Shown one piece after another: positions 12,186 through 21,275 of a DNA stretch of 64,000 bases. Both the position numbers and the translations under genes were made by a program. The stretch is from assembly GCA_964566255.1 (NCBI GenBank), contig CAZMID010000004.1:3441-67440 (forward strand), read 5' to 3'. How positions within the stretch are numbered: the first letter of the stretch is position 1; each line of letters begins with the position of its first letter. Under the pieces are notes generated by a model. It did not search any database and had not been told where the DNA came from. It saw only the letters and a program-made list of their open reading frames with translations. The stretch comes from an uncultured Planctomycetia bacterium. Its GTDB lineage: Bacteria; Omnitrophota; Gorgyraeia; Gorgyraeales; Gorgyraeaceae.

Positions 12186-12196
12186 TAGCTATTAAA

Positions 12197-13267
12197 CTAA
12201 CGTATAAATAACTTTAAAAACTCATTTGCTGTGTTTGACCATGTAAAATGCTTAGCTTTATCAATGCCTTTTCTAATCAACTCTTCTTTAAGATCTTTAT
12301 CATTAATAATTTTTAACATTGCTTCAGCGATTTCCTTATAATTATCAGGATTTATTAATAAACTTCCATCTTTTGCTATCTCACCACAGGATGATGTCTT
12401 AGATGTAACTACGGGTATACCTGATGCAAATGCCTCTATTATTGGAAAACCAAACCCTTCATAAAATGATGGATATACAAATATAGCCGCATCCCTATAT
12501 AGATTCCTCAATTCCTCATCTTTTACGTAACCTTTGAAAATTATATCTTCCTTAAATTCAGACTCATCGTACGCCTTAAAAATATTCTCAAACATCCATC
12601 CTTTCATACCTACAATATATAATTTATGTTTTATATCAGAATTTTTTCTTAACCATGTAAATGCCTTTATTAGCCCATCTACGTTTTTTCTTGGTTCCAA
12701 AGTCCCTACAAAAAGTATAAAATCTTCTTTTTCTCTACGATCTTCTTTTACTTGTGTAGAAATTTTAAGTATTGGATTTACACCTGGATAAATAACAGAA
12801 ACCTTTGAATCATCTACTTCATAAAACTTTATTAAATCAGACTTTGTATTATAAGAATCCGCTACTATTATGTCTACCTCGGATAAAGATTTCCTGAGTT
12901 TTTGATCAACTTCGCTTATCGTGTGCTCATTATGGCCATATGGATATGCCTTTATAATTACATCATGAACTGTAAGTATAAATTTTGAACCTTTGGGTTT
13001 TGCTAAATCATAGGATGAAGTATGAAATATATCTATATCTGACAAAATTCTATTAGGACCCTTTTTAAAGTAATCTACAGCATGATGGAAATTCCTGGCC
13101 GGAAGTTTAGGCAGTTTTCTTTTAAAATCTAAAATCTTTTTTCTACTATATAAAAAATAGTTATTTTTTAAATCAACTTCTGCAAGGGCATTAATTAGAT
13201 TAGAAGTATATTTTCCTATACCTGTAGATTTTTTAAGGGTGGGACGGATATCTATTGCAATTCTCAT
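12197..13267 (-). CDS. Glycosyltransferase, family GT4
   Basis: 356 aa; C-terminal GT4 signature FVYPSFYEGFGFPIIEAFASGIPVVTS (E-x7-E motif). Confidence 0.8.
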   Translation of the reverse strand: MRIAIDIRPTLKKSTGIGKYTSNLINALAEVDLKNNYFLYSRKKILDFKRKLPKLPARNFHHAVDYFKKGPNRILSDIDIFHTSSYDLAKPKGSKFILTVHDVIIKAYPYGHNEHTISEVDQKLRKSLSEVDIIVADSYNTKSDLIKFYEVDDSKVSVIYPGVNPILKISTQVKEDRREKEDFILFVGTLEPRKNVDGLIKAFTWLRKNSDIKHKLYIVGMKGWMFENIFKAYDESEFKEDIIFKGYVKDEELRNLYRDAAIFVYPSFYEGFGFPIIEAFASGIPVVTSKTSSCGEIAKDGSLLINPDNYKEIAEAMLKIINDKDLKEELIRKGIDKAKHFTWSNTANEFLKLFIR

Positions 13268-13268
13268 A

Positions 13269-15059
13269 TTATTTTGGAAGGATATCTTGCATCTTTTTAC
13301 AGCTTATATCCAAGCTTCTACAAGAATCCACTACTTCTCCAAAAATATCCTTTGAAAGGCGCGGTATTGCTATTATTAATTCATTTACCCTGCTATGCCT
13401 TGCAATCTTTTCAATATCTTTCCTTGGGCCAAGAACAGGAACACCATGTATGTTTCTACCTATCTTTTCTTCGTCATCATCTAAAAAGCCAACAGGCTTA
13501 TAATGTAAAAGTTTATTATTCTTTATTTCCCTTAAAGTAAATTCTCCTGCATCCCCTGCACCATAAATCAAAACCTTCTTGCCATCTAAACTAACCTGGT
13601 CAAATATCTCTTTATAAACCCTTTCGAGAATCCTTGATCCTGAAATTAAAACAAAAAGTAAAAGCCAATCTATAACAAAAACTGCTCTTGAGAATCCCTG
13701 AAAACGCCACATAAAAAGAATGGTTGCTGCAGATACAATCGAAGCAAGAGAAATCCCTTTAAATACGTTTATAAGATCAGGTATAGACACATATCTCCAG
13801 ACACCTCTATAAAGTCCACATTTAAAAAATACAATATACTTTATAATTACTATTAAAGGCAGAGATTTTACAATAATATCCTGGTTTTTAATAGATAACA
13901 TGCCTTCAAACCTTAAAAGATATGCTGATATGTATGCCACGCATATCAACACAAAATCTCCGCCTACTTCTAAAATCCTTCTCTTATGCATCAGCACATT
14001 GTTCAATACAACATTACCATTTTTATTTTTTAAATTAGTTACTTCTCCAACTGGATATACTTTTACCTTGCCCAAAAAGGCTGCAAAATATATCAGGATT
14101 ACAGAAGCAAGCAAAACGAGCATGACTGTCACAACTGGATTTGCATACATAGACAAAACACTCACAGCTCCAAAAAATATGCTTATGATATACAGAACTA
14201 TTACGGTATTCCTTTCAGAAAGCCCTAATACTACCATTCTATGTGAAATATGGTCCTTACCTCCCTGAAAAACCTTGCGAGAACTGATGCCTCTTATAAA
14301 CGTAACAAATGCTGTATCAAATATAGGAACCGCTAACACTAAAACAGGGATAGCAAGCATCATAATTAAATGGGTAGATTCTTTCCAGCTACCCTGTAAT
14401 GCCATTGTAGCAAGCATAAAACCTATAAACATACTACCACAATCACCCATAAAGATCTGGGCAGGAGAAAAGTTATATCTCAAAAATCCCAATAGACTTC
14501 CAGCAAGAATTAACATCGGTAATGCAACCAAGAAATTCCCATTCAAAAATGCCCATAAAAATAGAACAACACTCGCAATAACCGCAACTCCACTTGAAAG
14601 GCCATCCATATTATCAAGTAAATTAAAGGCATTGACAACTGCTATCATCCATAGAATTGTAAGGGGCATTCTTATTATCTGGTAAGGTATTACTTTTATA
14701 CTCACGCCAAAGCTAACTAATAAAGATGCAACGATTATCTGCCCTATAAGCTTTGTAGAAGGCTTTATATGCATAACGTCGTCAAAAAGTCCCAGGGCAA
14801 AAATAATACTCCCACATAATATAATACTAGCAGTTTCAAAAGTAGGCTTTACAAAAATAATATATGGAATAATAAATGAAAAGAAAATACCTATGCCACC
14901 AAAAAGCGCTGTTTCCTTCTTGTGCCATCTGTCTTCTTTTGGTTTAGCAAGGTAACCTTTAACTATAGCTATCCTTCTAATAACAGGTGCTAAAAGTATG
15001 GACATAGCAAATGAGGTAAGAAATGGAATAAGGTAAGTTTTAAACATAAAGGAGGTCAA
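13269..15059 (-). CDS. Fusion: polyprenyl-phosphate HexNAc-1-phosphate transferase (WecA/MraY family) N-terminal domain + C-terminal membrane/CoA-binding-like domain of the CapD/PglF/WbaP N-terminal type
   Basis: N-half: GLFDDVMH (DDxxD), NAFNLLDNMDGL, FMGDCGSMF, HISHR; multiple TM helices. C-half: further TM helices then VLIYGAGDAGEFTLREI...PVGFLDDDEEKIGRNIHGVPVLG, matching the Rossmann-like domain that precedes the catalytic domain in WbaP/PglF-type proteins; 596 aa. Confidence 0.7.
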   Translation of the reverse strand: MTSFMFKTYLIPFLTSFAMSILLAPVIRRIAIVKGYLAKPKEDRWHKKETALFGGIGIFFSFIIPYIIFVKPTFETASIILCGSIIFALGLFDDVMHIKPSTKLIGQIIVASLLVSFGVSIKVIPYQIIRMPLTILWMIAVVNAFNLLDNMDGLSSGVAVIASVVLFLWAFLNGNFLVALPMLILAGSLLGFLRYNFSPAQIFMGDCGSMFIGFMLATMALQGSWKESTHLIMMLAIPVLVLAVPIFDTAFVTFIRGISSRKVFQGGKDHISHRMVVLGLSERNTVIVLYIISIFFGAVSVLSMYANPVVTVMLVLLASVILIYFAAFLGKVKVYPVGEVTNLKNKNGNVVLNNVLMHKRRILEVGGDFVLICVAYISAYLLRFEGMLSIKNQDIIVKSLPLIVIIKYIVFFKCGLYRGVWRYVSIPDLINVFKGISLASIVSAATILFMWRFQGFSRAVFVIDWLLLFVLISGSRILERVYKEIFDQVSLDGKKVLIYGAGDAGEFTLREIKNNKLLHYKPVGFLDDDEEKIGRNIHGVPVLGPRKDIEKIARHSRVNELIIAIPRLSKDIFGEVVDSCRSLDISCKKMQDILPK

Positions 15060-15064
15060 GAAGG

Positions 15065-16027
15065 CTAATTTTCTCTACAATACTCTACTACACTTTTAAT
15101 AATCCCCTCGAGATTTATAGTTGGACTAAAGCCTATTGCTTTTTTAATCTTTGCAGTATCAGGCATCCTGCGCTGCATATCTTCAAATCCCTCTTCGTAG
15201 GCTTTATCATATGGTATATAAACTACTTCTGATTTACTCTTTGTAATTCCTATTACTCTTTTAGCAAGGTCTTCTATAGTTATTTCCTCCTGACTGCCTA
15301 TATTGAACACCTTACCTACAGCATCTTTATTATTCATTAACTTCATAAGCGCACTTACTGCGTCTTTAACATGCAAAAAACACCTTGATTGCTTTCCATT
15401 GCCATAAACGGTTATCTCCTTATCTTTGAGTGCCTGATTTACAAACCTGGGGACAACCATACCATAATTGCCAGTCTGCCTCGGGCCCACTGTATTAAAA
15501 AGCCTTACTATTACAGCAGGTACTTTTTTCTGTCTCCAATAAATATAAGCAAGCATCTCATCTAAGGCCTTTGCAGTAGAATATCCCCACCTTGCTTTCA
15601 ATGGAGAGCCTAAAATTCTATCATCCTCTTCTTTTAAAGGACCATTACTGTTTTTACCATATATCTCTGAAGTAGAAGTTATAAGGACTTTCTTATGATA
15701 GCGATACACCATGTCCAAAACAACTTCGCTTCCCTTTATATTTGTAACCAGCGATTCCAGAGGTTTTTTTACTATTAAATCCACACCTACTGCAGCAGCT
15801 AAATGATATACTACATCACATTTTTCAACAAGTTTATCCACCAACATCTCATTTAAAATAGTACCTTCAACAAAACGAAATCTCTTATTCTCTTCCAGAT
15901 GAGCAATATTTTCAAATCTGCCAGTTGATAGATTATCTAGTACGACAACATCATCTCCACCTGTAATCAGTTCGTCTGCCAAATGAGACCCAATAAACCC
16001 TGCGCCACCTGTAATCAATATCTTCAC
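15065..16027 (-). CDS. NAD-dependent sugar-nucleotide epimerase/dehydratase (SDR; UDP-glucuronate decarboxylase/4-epimerase-like)
   Basis: ILITGGAGFIGSHL Rossmann motif, YSTAKA (YxxxK catalytic), 320 aa. Confidence 0.8.
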   Translation of the reverse strand: MKILITGGAGFIGSHLADELITGGDDVVVLDNLSTGRFENIAHLEENKRFRFVEGTILNEMLVDKLVEKCDVVYHLAAAVGVDLIVKKPLESLVTNIKGSEVVLDMVYRYHKKVLITSTSEIYGKNSNGPLKEEDDRILGSPLKARWGYSTAKALDEMLAYIYWRQKKVPAVIVRLFNTVGPRQTGNYGMVVPRFVNQALKDKEITVYGNGKQSRCFLHVKDAVSALMKLMNNKDAVGKVFNIGSQEEITIEDLAKRVIGITKSKSEVVYIPYDKAYEEGFEDMQRRMPDTAKIKKAIGFSPTINLEGIIKSVVEYCREN

Positions 16028-17205
16028 AACACTCTTCTCCTATTTGATAGAAGGGTATTATACAACCTATCTATATCATTTATCAACCTTTCTTTTAAAA
16101 ATCTATTTTTCGCTACCTCTCTGGCGTATTCTCCAAATCTCTCTCTTTTATTACGATCATCTATCAAATCTTGAAGTTTCTTCGAAAAATTCTCATCATC
16201 TTTAGGACCTATAAGGTATCCACTCTTATTGTCCTCTACTATATCTGAAACCCCACCTACTTTAGCTGCCACAACTGGCCTTGCAGCAGCCATAGCCTCA
16301 ATTATAGATACCGGGGTCCCTTCATTCAAAGATGTCAATGCTACAATATCCAGCTCTTTATAGATCCCATGCAAATCCTTTATCCAACCCTTAAACTCTA
16401 CCATATCCTCTATATTTAACTCTTTAGCGTAATCTTTCAACTCTTGACTCAACTTTCCATCTCCAATAATCAGAAATTTCACCTTTAGCCCTTTATCCTT
16501 CACGCCTTTAGCTACCCTGAATAACATCCTGTGATTCTTCACTGGCACCAATCTTCCTATAATCCCGATATTTATGCAATCCGAGTTCTCTCTCGCATGC
16601 AATTTTAATAATTCACTGAGGTTAAATCCTAATTCTATTACAGAAAATTTTTTTTCTTGTGCTATTTTGAATTTTTCAACGAGCTCTTTTTTTAGAGATT
16701 CACCTACTGTAACAACCCTATCTGTAAAAAGCGCCAATATTCTTTCTATCCATATGAAAAAAAAGGTCTTAATCGTTCCAAAATAACTATGCAATACATG
16801 ACCATGAAAGGTATGCACTAAAATAATTCTCTTCTCTTTCCTCTTTGTAGTAAGGGCAAAGAAAAAATTATACAGAACTCCAGCTAGTCTCCCTAATGTC
16901 CCTGCCTTCGCAGTATGTGTATGTATAATATCTGGTTTTTCCCTACAAATAATCCTGTATATATTCCAAAAGGTCCTCCAGTCATTCCTGATAGATAATT
17001 CCCTACCTAATTCCTTCACAATGATTGGCTCAATTCCTTTTTCCCTTATCAGATACATCATATCGCCTTCAGACTCACTGACTTCACCACATAAAAGAAT
17101 TGTCTCAAATCCCTTATTATGCAATCCTTCTGTTAAAAGTACTGCATTCCTCGCCGGGCCTCCTATATTAAGTCTCGCGATTATCCTTAAAACTTTAGCA
17201 TTCAT
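16024..17205 (-). CDS. Glycosyltransferase, family GT4
   Basis: 393 aa; N-terminal GT4 donor-domain start LRIIARLNIGGPARN; C-terminal TSLNEGTPVSIIEAMAAARPVVAAKVGG. Confidence 0.8.
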   Translation of the reverse strand: MNAKVLRIIARLNIGGPARNAVLLTEGLHNKGFETILLCGEVSESEGDMMYLIREKGIEPIIVKELGRELSIRNDWRTFWNIYRIICREKPDIIHTHTAKAGTLGRLAGVLYNFFFALTTKRKEKRIILVHTFHGHVLHSYFGTIKTFFFIWIERILALFTDRVVTVGESLKKELVEKFKIAQEKKFSVIELGFNLSELLKLHARENSDCINIGIIGRLVPVKNHRMLFRVAKGVKDKGLKVKFLIIGDGKLSQELKDYAKELNIEDMVEFKGWIKDLHGIYKELDIVALTSLNEGTPVSIIEAMAAARPVVAAKVGGVSDIVEDNKSGYLIGPKDDENFSKKLQDLIDDRNKRERFGEYAREVAKNRFLKERLINDIDRLYNTLLSNRRRVL

Positions 17206-17215
17206 AATAGCTCAT

Positions 17216-18340
17216 TCAAAAAAAATCCTTTATGTAACTTACTATTCGATCCTGGTCTTTTAAAGTCAAGTCGGGATAAAGAGGAAGGGTTAAGAGTTTC
17301 TTCCAGGCAGCTTCTGTTGCAGGACAATCTGCCTTGAATTTTTTATACATTCTGTAATGATAATTAGGTATATAGTGCACTCCCGTAGATACACCTTTCT
17401 TCTGAAGGTAGATATTTAATCTATCCCTTTCATCACTTTTTATTACATAATTATGATGAGAACTTCTTACATATCTTTTTACCACAGGAACTTCTATTGA
17501 AGGCATGTTTTTCAATAGGTTATTATACTGAAAACTTAACCTCCGTCTTCTATTATTCATTTTGTCAAGCTTCCTTAACTGCACAATTCCTATCGCAGCT
17601 GGGATATCATTCATATGATATTTAAAACCTACTTCCTCGACATCATAATACCAAGAGTATTTTTTAATAAAACTTTTTTCTTCTTTCTCTCTATCCCATG
17701 TAGCTTTTGTAATCCCAAGCCATCTCAATTTTTTAAGCTTCTCGTAAACCTTTCTATCATTTGTCGTTACCATACCACCCTCACCTGTAGCAAGATTTTT
17801 TACTGCATGAAAAGAAAAACAAGCGATGTCTCCTAAAATACCGACTTTCTTATCTTTATACTCGGCTCCACAAGCATGCGCTGCATCCTCTATTATCTTT
17901 ATATTTTTAGCCTTTGCAAACCTTCTTATAGGATCCATATCACACGGGTGTCCACCATAATGCATTGTAATTATTGCCTTTGTTTTCCTGGTAATTTTCT
18001 TCTCAATTTCTTCTAAGCTGATATTCAAGGTATCTGGCTCTATGTCACAAAATAGAGGTCTAGCCTTATTGTACAAAATAGCATGATTTGTGGAAATAAA
18101 TGTCATAGGGGTTGTCAAGACCTCTCCTCCCTCTACACCCATAACTTTTAATGCAAGATGAAGTGCAGCAGTGCAGGAATTTAAAGCCACCGCATATTTT
18201 GCACCTATATATTTTGCAAAGGAATTTTCAAATTCTTGGGTCTTTGGGCCGAGTCCTACCCATCCTGAATTCATAACTCTTTTAACTGCTTCAAATTCTT
18301 CTTTTCCGTATGAAGGTTTAAATACTGGTATCATAATCAA
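17216..18340 (-). CDS. DegT/DnrJ/EryC1/StrS-family PLP-dependent sugar aminotransferase
   Basis: 374 aa; EFENSFAKYIGAKYAVALNSCTAALHLAL; conserved FSFHAVKNL with the lysine; Pse/Arn/WecE-like. Confidence 0.85.
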   Translation of the reverse strand: MIMIPVFKPSYGKEEFEAVKRVMNSGWVGLGPKTQEFENSFAKYIGAKYAVALNSCTAALHLALKVMGVEGGEVLTTPMTFISTNHAILYNKARPLFCDIEPDTLNISLEEIEKKITRKTKAIITMHYGGHPCDMDPIRRFAKAKNIKIIEDAAHACGAEYKDKKVGILGDIACFSFHAVKNLATGEGGMVTTNDRKVYEKLKKLRWLGITKATWDREKEEKSFIKKYSWYYDVEEVGFKYHMNDIPAAIGIVQLRKLDKMNNRRRRLSFQYNNLLKNMPSIEVPVVKRYVRSSHHNYVIKSDERDRLNIYLQKKGVSTGVHYIPNYHYRMYKKFKADCPATEAAWKKLLTLPLYPDLTLKDQDRIVSYIKDFF

Positions 18341-20181
18341 ATATATCCTTTAAGCCAATAATAGACTATACCCAGATATTCATGCATAATAGCTCTTATC
18401 TGTTTCAATTTTACCCCTTCTCCCCTATAATAAAACTGGCTCTTCTCTACTGGAGTATAAAAAACCTTTATGCCTTCAGCACATTTATTAAATACTAGCG
18501 ATACCCGCCGCATATTATAAGGTGAGGAAATCAATAATATTGAATCCCATTTATGCCTATCTAATATATCTTTTGAAAACAGAACATTTTCATAGCTGCT
18601 ATTTGCTTTTTGTTCTAAAATAATATCCCTATTAGAAACTCCCATAGAAATAGCGAATAGCCGCATATTTTCTGCATCATTGTAATTGTAAGTATAGCCA
18701 GATGAAAATATTATCTTATCTGCATAGCCTTCGTTATATAGCTCTGTCGCGTATCTTGCTCTCTCCATAGTACTCTTACCAGGTGAACCTGTTTCACCCA
18801 CACCGCCTCCAAATACAACAATAGCATCACTTTTTTGCGGTGGTTCAGAAATCTTTAAAGGACTGGCCAAAAACCAAAGAAAGGGTGCTTTAAATAACAA
18901 AAAATACGACAAGAAACAAACTATGGCTAAACGTAGTGTTCTTTTTCTTATAACTCTATAAAAATTAACTAGATTTTCTTTCCACCTTGCTTCCATATCT
19001 GTTTTTTTTCTTTCCATCTCTTTTTGTATTAAATTATCCATCTTTTCAATGCGATTTTCCCAGTTATTTTGTCTAGCTACCTCGACTCTCTTTTGTCTTA
19101 AAATCTGATTATCCTCAACAACAGCCTTATCGATATATTTGCTGAATTCTTTTTTATCGCTTGCCACATATACTATATCTCCATATTCATTATTAAATGA
19201 AATTACCTCTGGTAAGGATGTCGATATAACAGCCTTTCCTAATGCAAGATACTCATTTAATTTAGTAGGATAGACATTCTTTGTGTAATCAGCAATAACA
19301 TATGGAATAAGGCATACATCAAAATTCTTTATAAAGAGAGGTAGATCTTTATGGTCTTTATTTCCCAAAAAATAAACATTTTTATAAGGCGATATCGAAG
19401 CTATATTCGTCTGTATAGGCCCTACGAATACAAAAGAATAATCCGAGTGCCTCTCTATCATTTCCTTTATTAAACCCTGGTCTATCCATTTATGCACACC
19501 TCCTACGTAACCGATTATAGGGGGTTTAATATTTTTAAAGTCTTTAGGAGTAATATTTTCTTCTAATCTTGCTTTTTCAAATTCACTAAAATTAACGGCA
19601 AACGGAAAATTATAAACCTTATCATTATATTTAGAACAATGATTAAATAATTCTTTTGAAGTCACGAAAACCAAATCTACATTCTTTAATAATTTTCTTT
19701 CCGATCTTTCTATCTTTTTAGCTGATATCGAACTAACAGAAAAGCTATCGATACAATAATAAATAAAGACCTTTTTTATAACATTATTGGCTATATCCAA
19801 ACTCAAAGGTGTTGGTAAAAATGTCCATATAATCGGGTCGTTAAAATCCATCACCTTCGTCCATTTCGTCAGAATAGATAAAATCAAATACCGATTAAAC
19901 CATCTTGCTATTCGTAAATAAGGAAACGGCAAAACCAAAGGAGAAAATACATATAGATTTTCGGTCTCTTTTCTTATGCCCTTTACGCCTCTAAACCAAT
20001 TCTTTATTCTTTTCCTGATGCGGGAGATGTCTTTTATTCCAGGTGAACGCACCCCAGTGTTTTCTATAAAAAGAACTCTATTGCCATTCTTGGCAAAAGT
20101 CGCCATTACCTCTTGGTGCCCCTGCCAGATAAAATCCCAGTCAATACTGGATATGCAAATTATATTTTCTCCCTTTATCAT
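18337..20181 (-). CDS. Fusion protein: N-terminal GT4-like glycosyltransferase + coiled-coil + TM + C-terminal DUF218 (YdcF/ElyC/SanA-like) domain
   Basis: 614 aa; GT-B C-domain signature NEYLALGKAVISTSLPE; after a TM segment SDAIVVFGGGVGETGS...YNEGYADKIIFSSG...ANSSYENV (DUF218 signature). Confidence 0.65.
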   Translation of the reverse strand: MIKGENIICISSIDWDFIWQGHQEVMATFAKNGNRVLFIENTGVRSPGIKDISRIRKRIKNWFRGVKGIRKETENLYVFSPLVLPFPYLRIARWFNRYLILSILTKWTKVMDFNDPIIWTFLPTPLSLDIANNVIKKVFIYYCIDSFSVSSISAKKIERSERKLLKNVDLVFVTSKELFNHCSKYNDKVYNFPFAVNFSEFEKARLEENITPKDFKNIKPPIIGYVGGVHKWIDQGLIKEMIERHSDYSFVFVGPIQTNIASISPYKNVYFLGNKDHKDLPLFIKNFDVCLIPYVIADYTKNVYPTKLNEYLALGKAVISTSLPEVISFNNEYGDIVYVASDKKEFSKYIDKAVVEDNQILRQKRVEVARQNNWENRIEKMDNLIQKEMERKKTDMEARWKENLVNFYRVIRKRTLRLAIVCFLSYFLLFKAPFLWFLASPLKISEPPQKSDAIVVFGGGVGETGSPGKSTMERARYATELYNEGYADKIIFSSGYTYNYNDAENMRLFAISMGVSNRDIILEQKANSSYENVLFSKDILDRHKWDSILLISSPYNMRRVSLVFNKCAEGIKVFYTPVEKSQFYYRGEGVKLKQIRAIMHEYLGIVYYWLKGYI

Positions 20182-21275
20182 ACAAAATTACCTCTGTCCC
20201 TTAACTTCATACCAAGAAGAACCCTGATAAGTTGAATTGGAGTTAGGGAGAAATTAGTACAACTTCTACATGCAGGAAATAGACTATTGAAGATCCTTTT
20301 TAAAAAATATTTCCTTCTGGAACTATTTAAAATAGATATGAGGTTTTCTTCCCTTATATTTCCATATTTAAAACCATCTAGGTTTGGACACGGCAATACG
20401 TCTCCATAAGGATCTATGGTGACTATGTTCCTTGCAGCGTAGCACCTCTTTATAGGAACTGTGCTCTCTTTTAAATTAGAATGCTTCCAGCGAATTAGTG
20501 ATTTTAATGAAAATGGTAATTTAAAATCTCTCTCTTTCATCTTTTTAGCGCAATCTTCTAGATCTCTAATATTCGAATCGCTAAAACTCAAGCTCTTTTC
20601 TTTAAATAATATCCTCGAGGAAGCAATACGCCTACCCTTATAAAGAGTGCTACGGAAATGTTCCTCCTTGGTCTGGCATGCATAAGAATATCCTATGCTA
20701 TCCGCGCCTATCCTTTTCTTTAAGTGCCACATATCTCCTACTTCAGCTACGTTCAAATTAGAAAGTGTAACATGGATAGATATAAATGGATTTGTCCTTA
20801 CTAAGTCCTCTCTTGCTTTCTTTAAATGGCTAATAGCAGTTACTGCCTTATCAAATGCTCCTTCGTGCGACCTCATAAGATCATGGCCTTTCCCAACTCT
20901 ATCTATCGATACAATCACATTGTCAAGTCCGCATTCGCAAAGCTCCTTAGCAACCTTGGCATCTATAATAGTAGCATTTGTTGTAACGCTACAGTTAAGC
21001 CCCTTCTTTTTGATATACCTTATAATTGACACTATATCATCTCTCATAAAAGGCTCTGCCCCCGCTAACAGAACCTCATCTATGCCCAACTCCTTCATCT
21101 GGTCTATTACCAAAAAAAGTTCTCGCAAGCTAAGTTCTTCTCGTTTTGGAAGTTTCCATACATCACAAGTAAGGCACCGACAATTGCACCTATAAGTCAA
21201 CTCCAAAACTCCCAAATAAGGCGTATTTCTTAAATATGAATATTCTCTTTTTAAAATAGACACGAGCTCTTTCAT
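20178..21275 (-). CDS. Radical SAM enzyme with C-terminal SPASM/twitch-like Cys-rich domain
   Basis: 365 aa; LELTYRCNCRCLTCDVW (CxxxCxxC), GAEPF glycine-rich SAM motif; C-terminal CYAARN...YGDVLPC...CRSC auxiliary cluster cysteines. Confidence 0.8.
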   Translation of the reverse strand: MKELVSILKREYSYLRNTPYLGVLELTYRCNCRCLTCDVWKLPKREELSLRELFLVIDQMKELGIDEVLLAGAEPFMRDDIVSIIRYIKKKGLNCSVTTNATIIDAKVAKELCECGLDNVIVSIDRVGKGHDLMRSHEGAFDKAVTAISHLKKAREDLVRTNPFISIHVTLSNLNVAEVGDMWHLKKRIGADSIGYSYACQTKEEHFRSTLYKGRRIASSRILFKEKSLSFSDSNIRDLEDCAKKMKERDFKLPFSLKSLIRWKHSNLKESTVPIKRCYAARNIVTIDPYGDVLPCPNLDGFKYGNIREENLISILNSSRRKYFLKRIFNSLFPACRSCTNFSLTPIQLIRVLLGMKLRDRGNFV

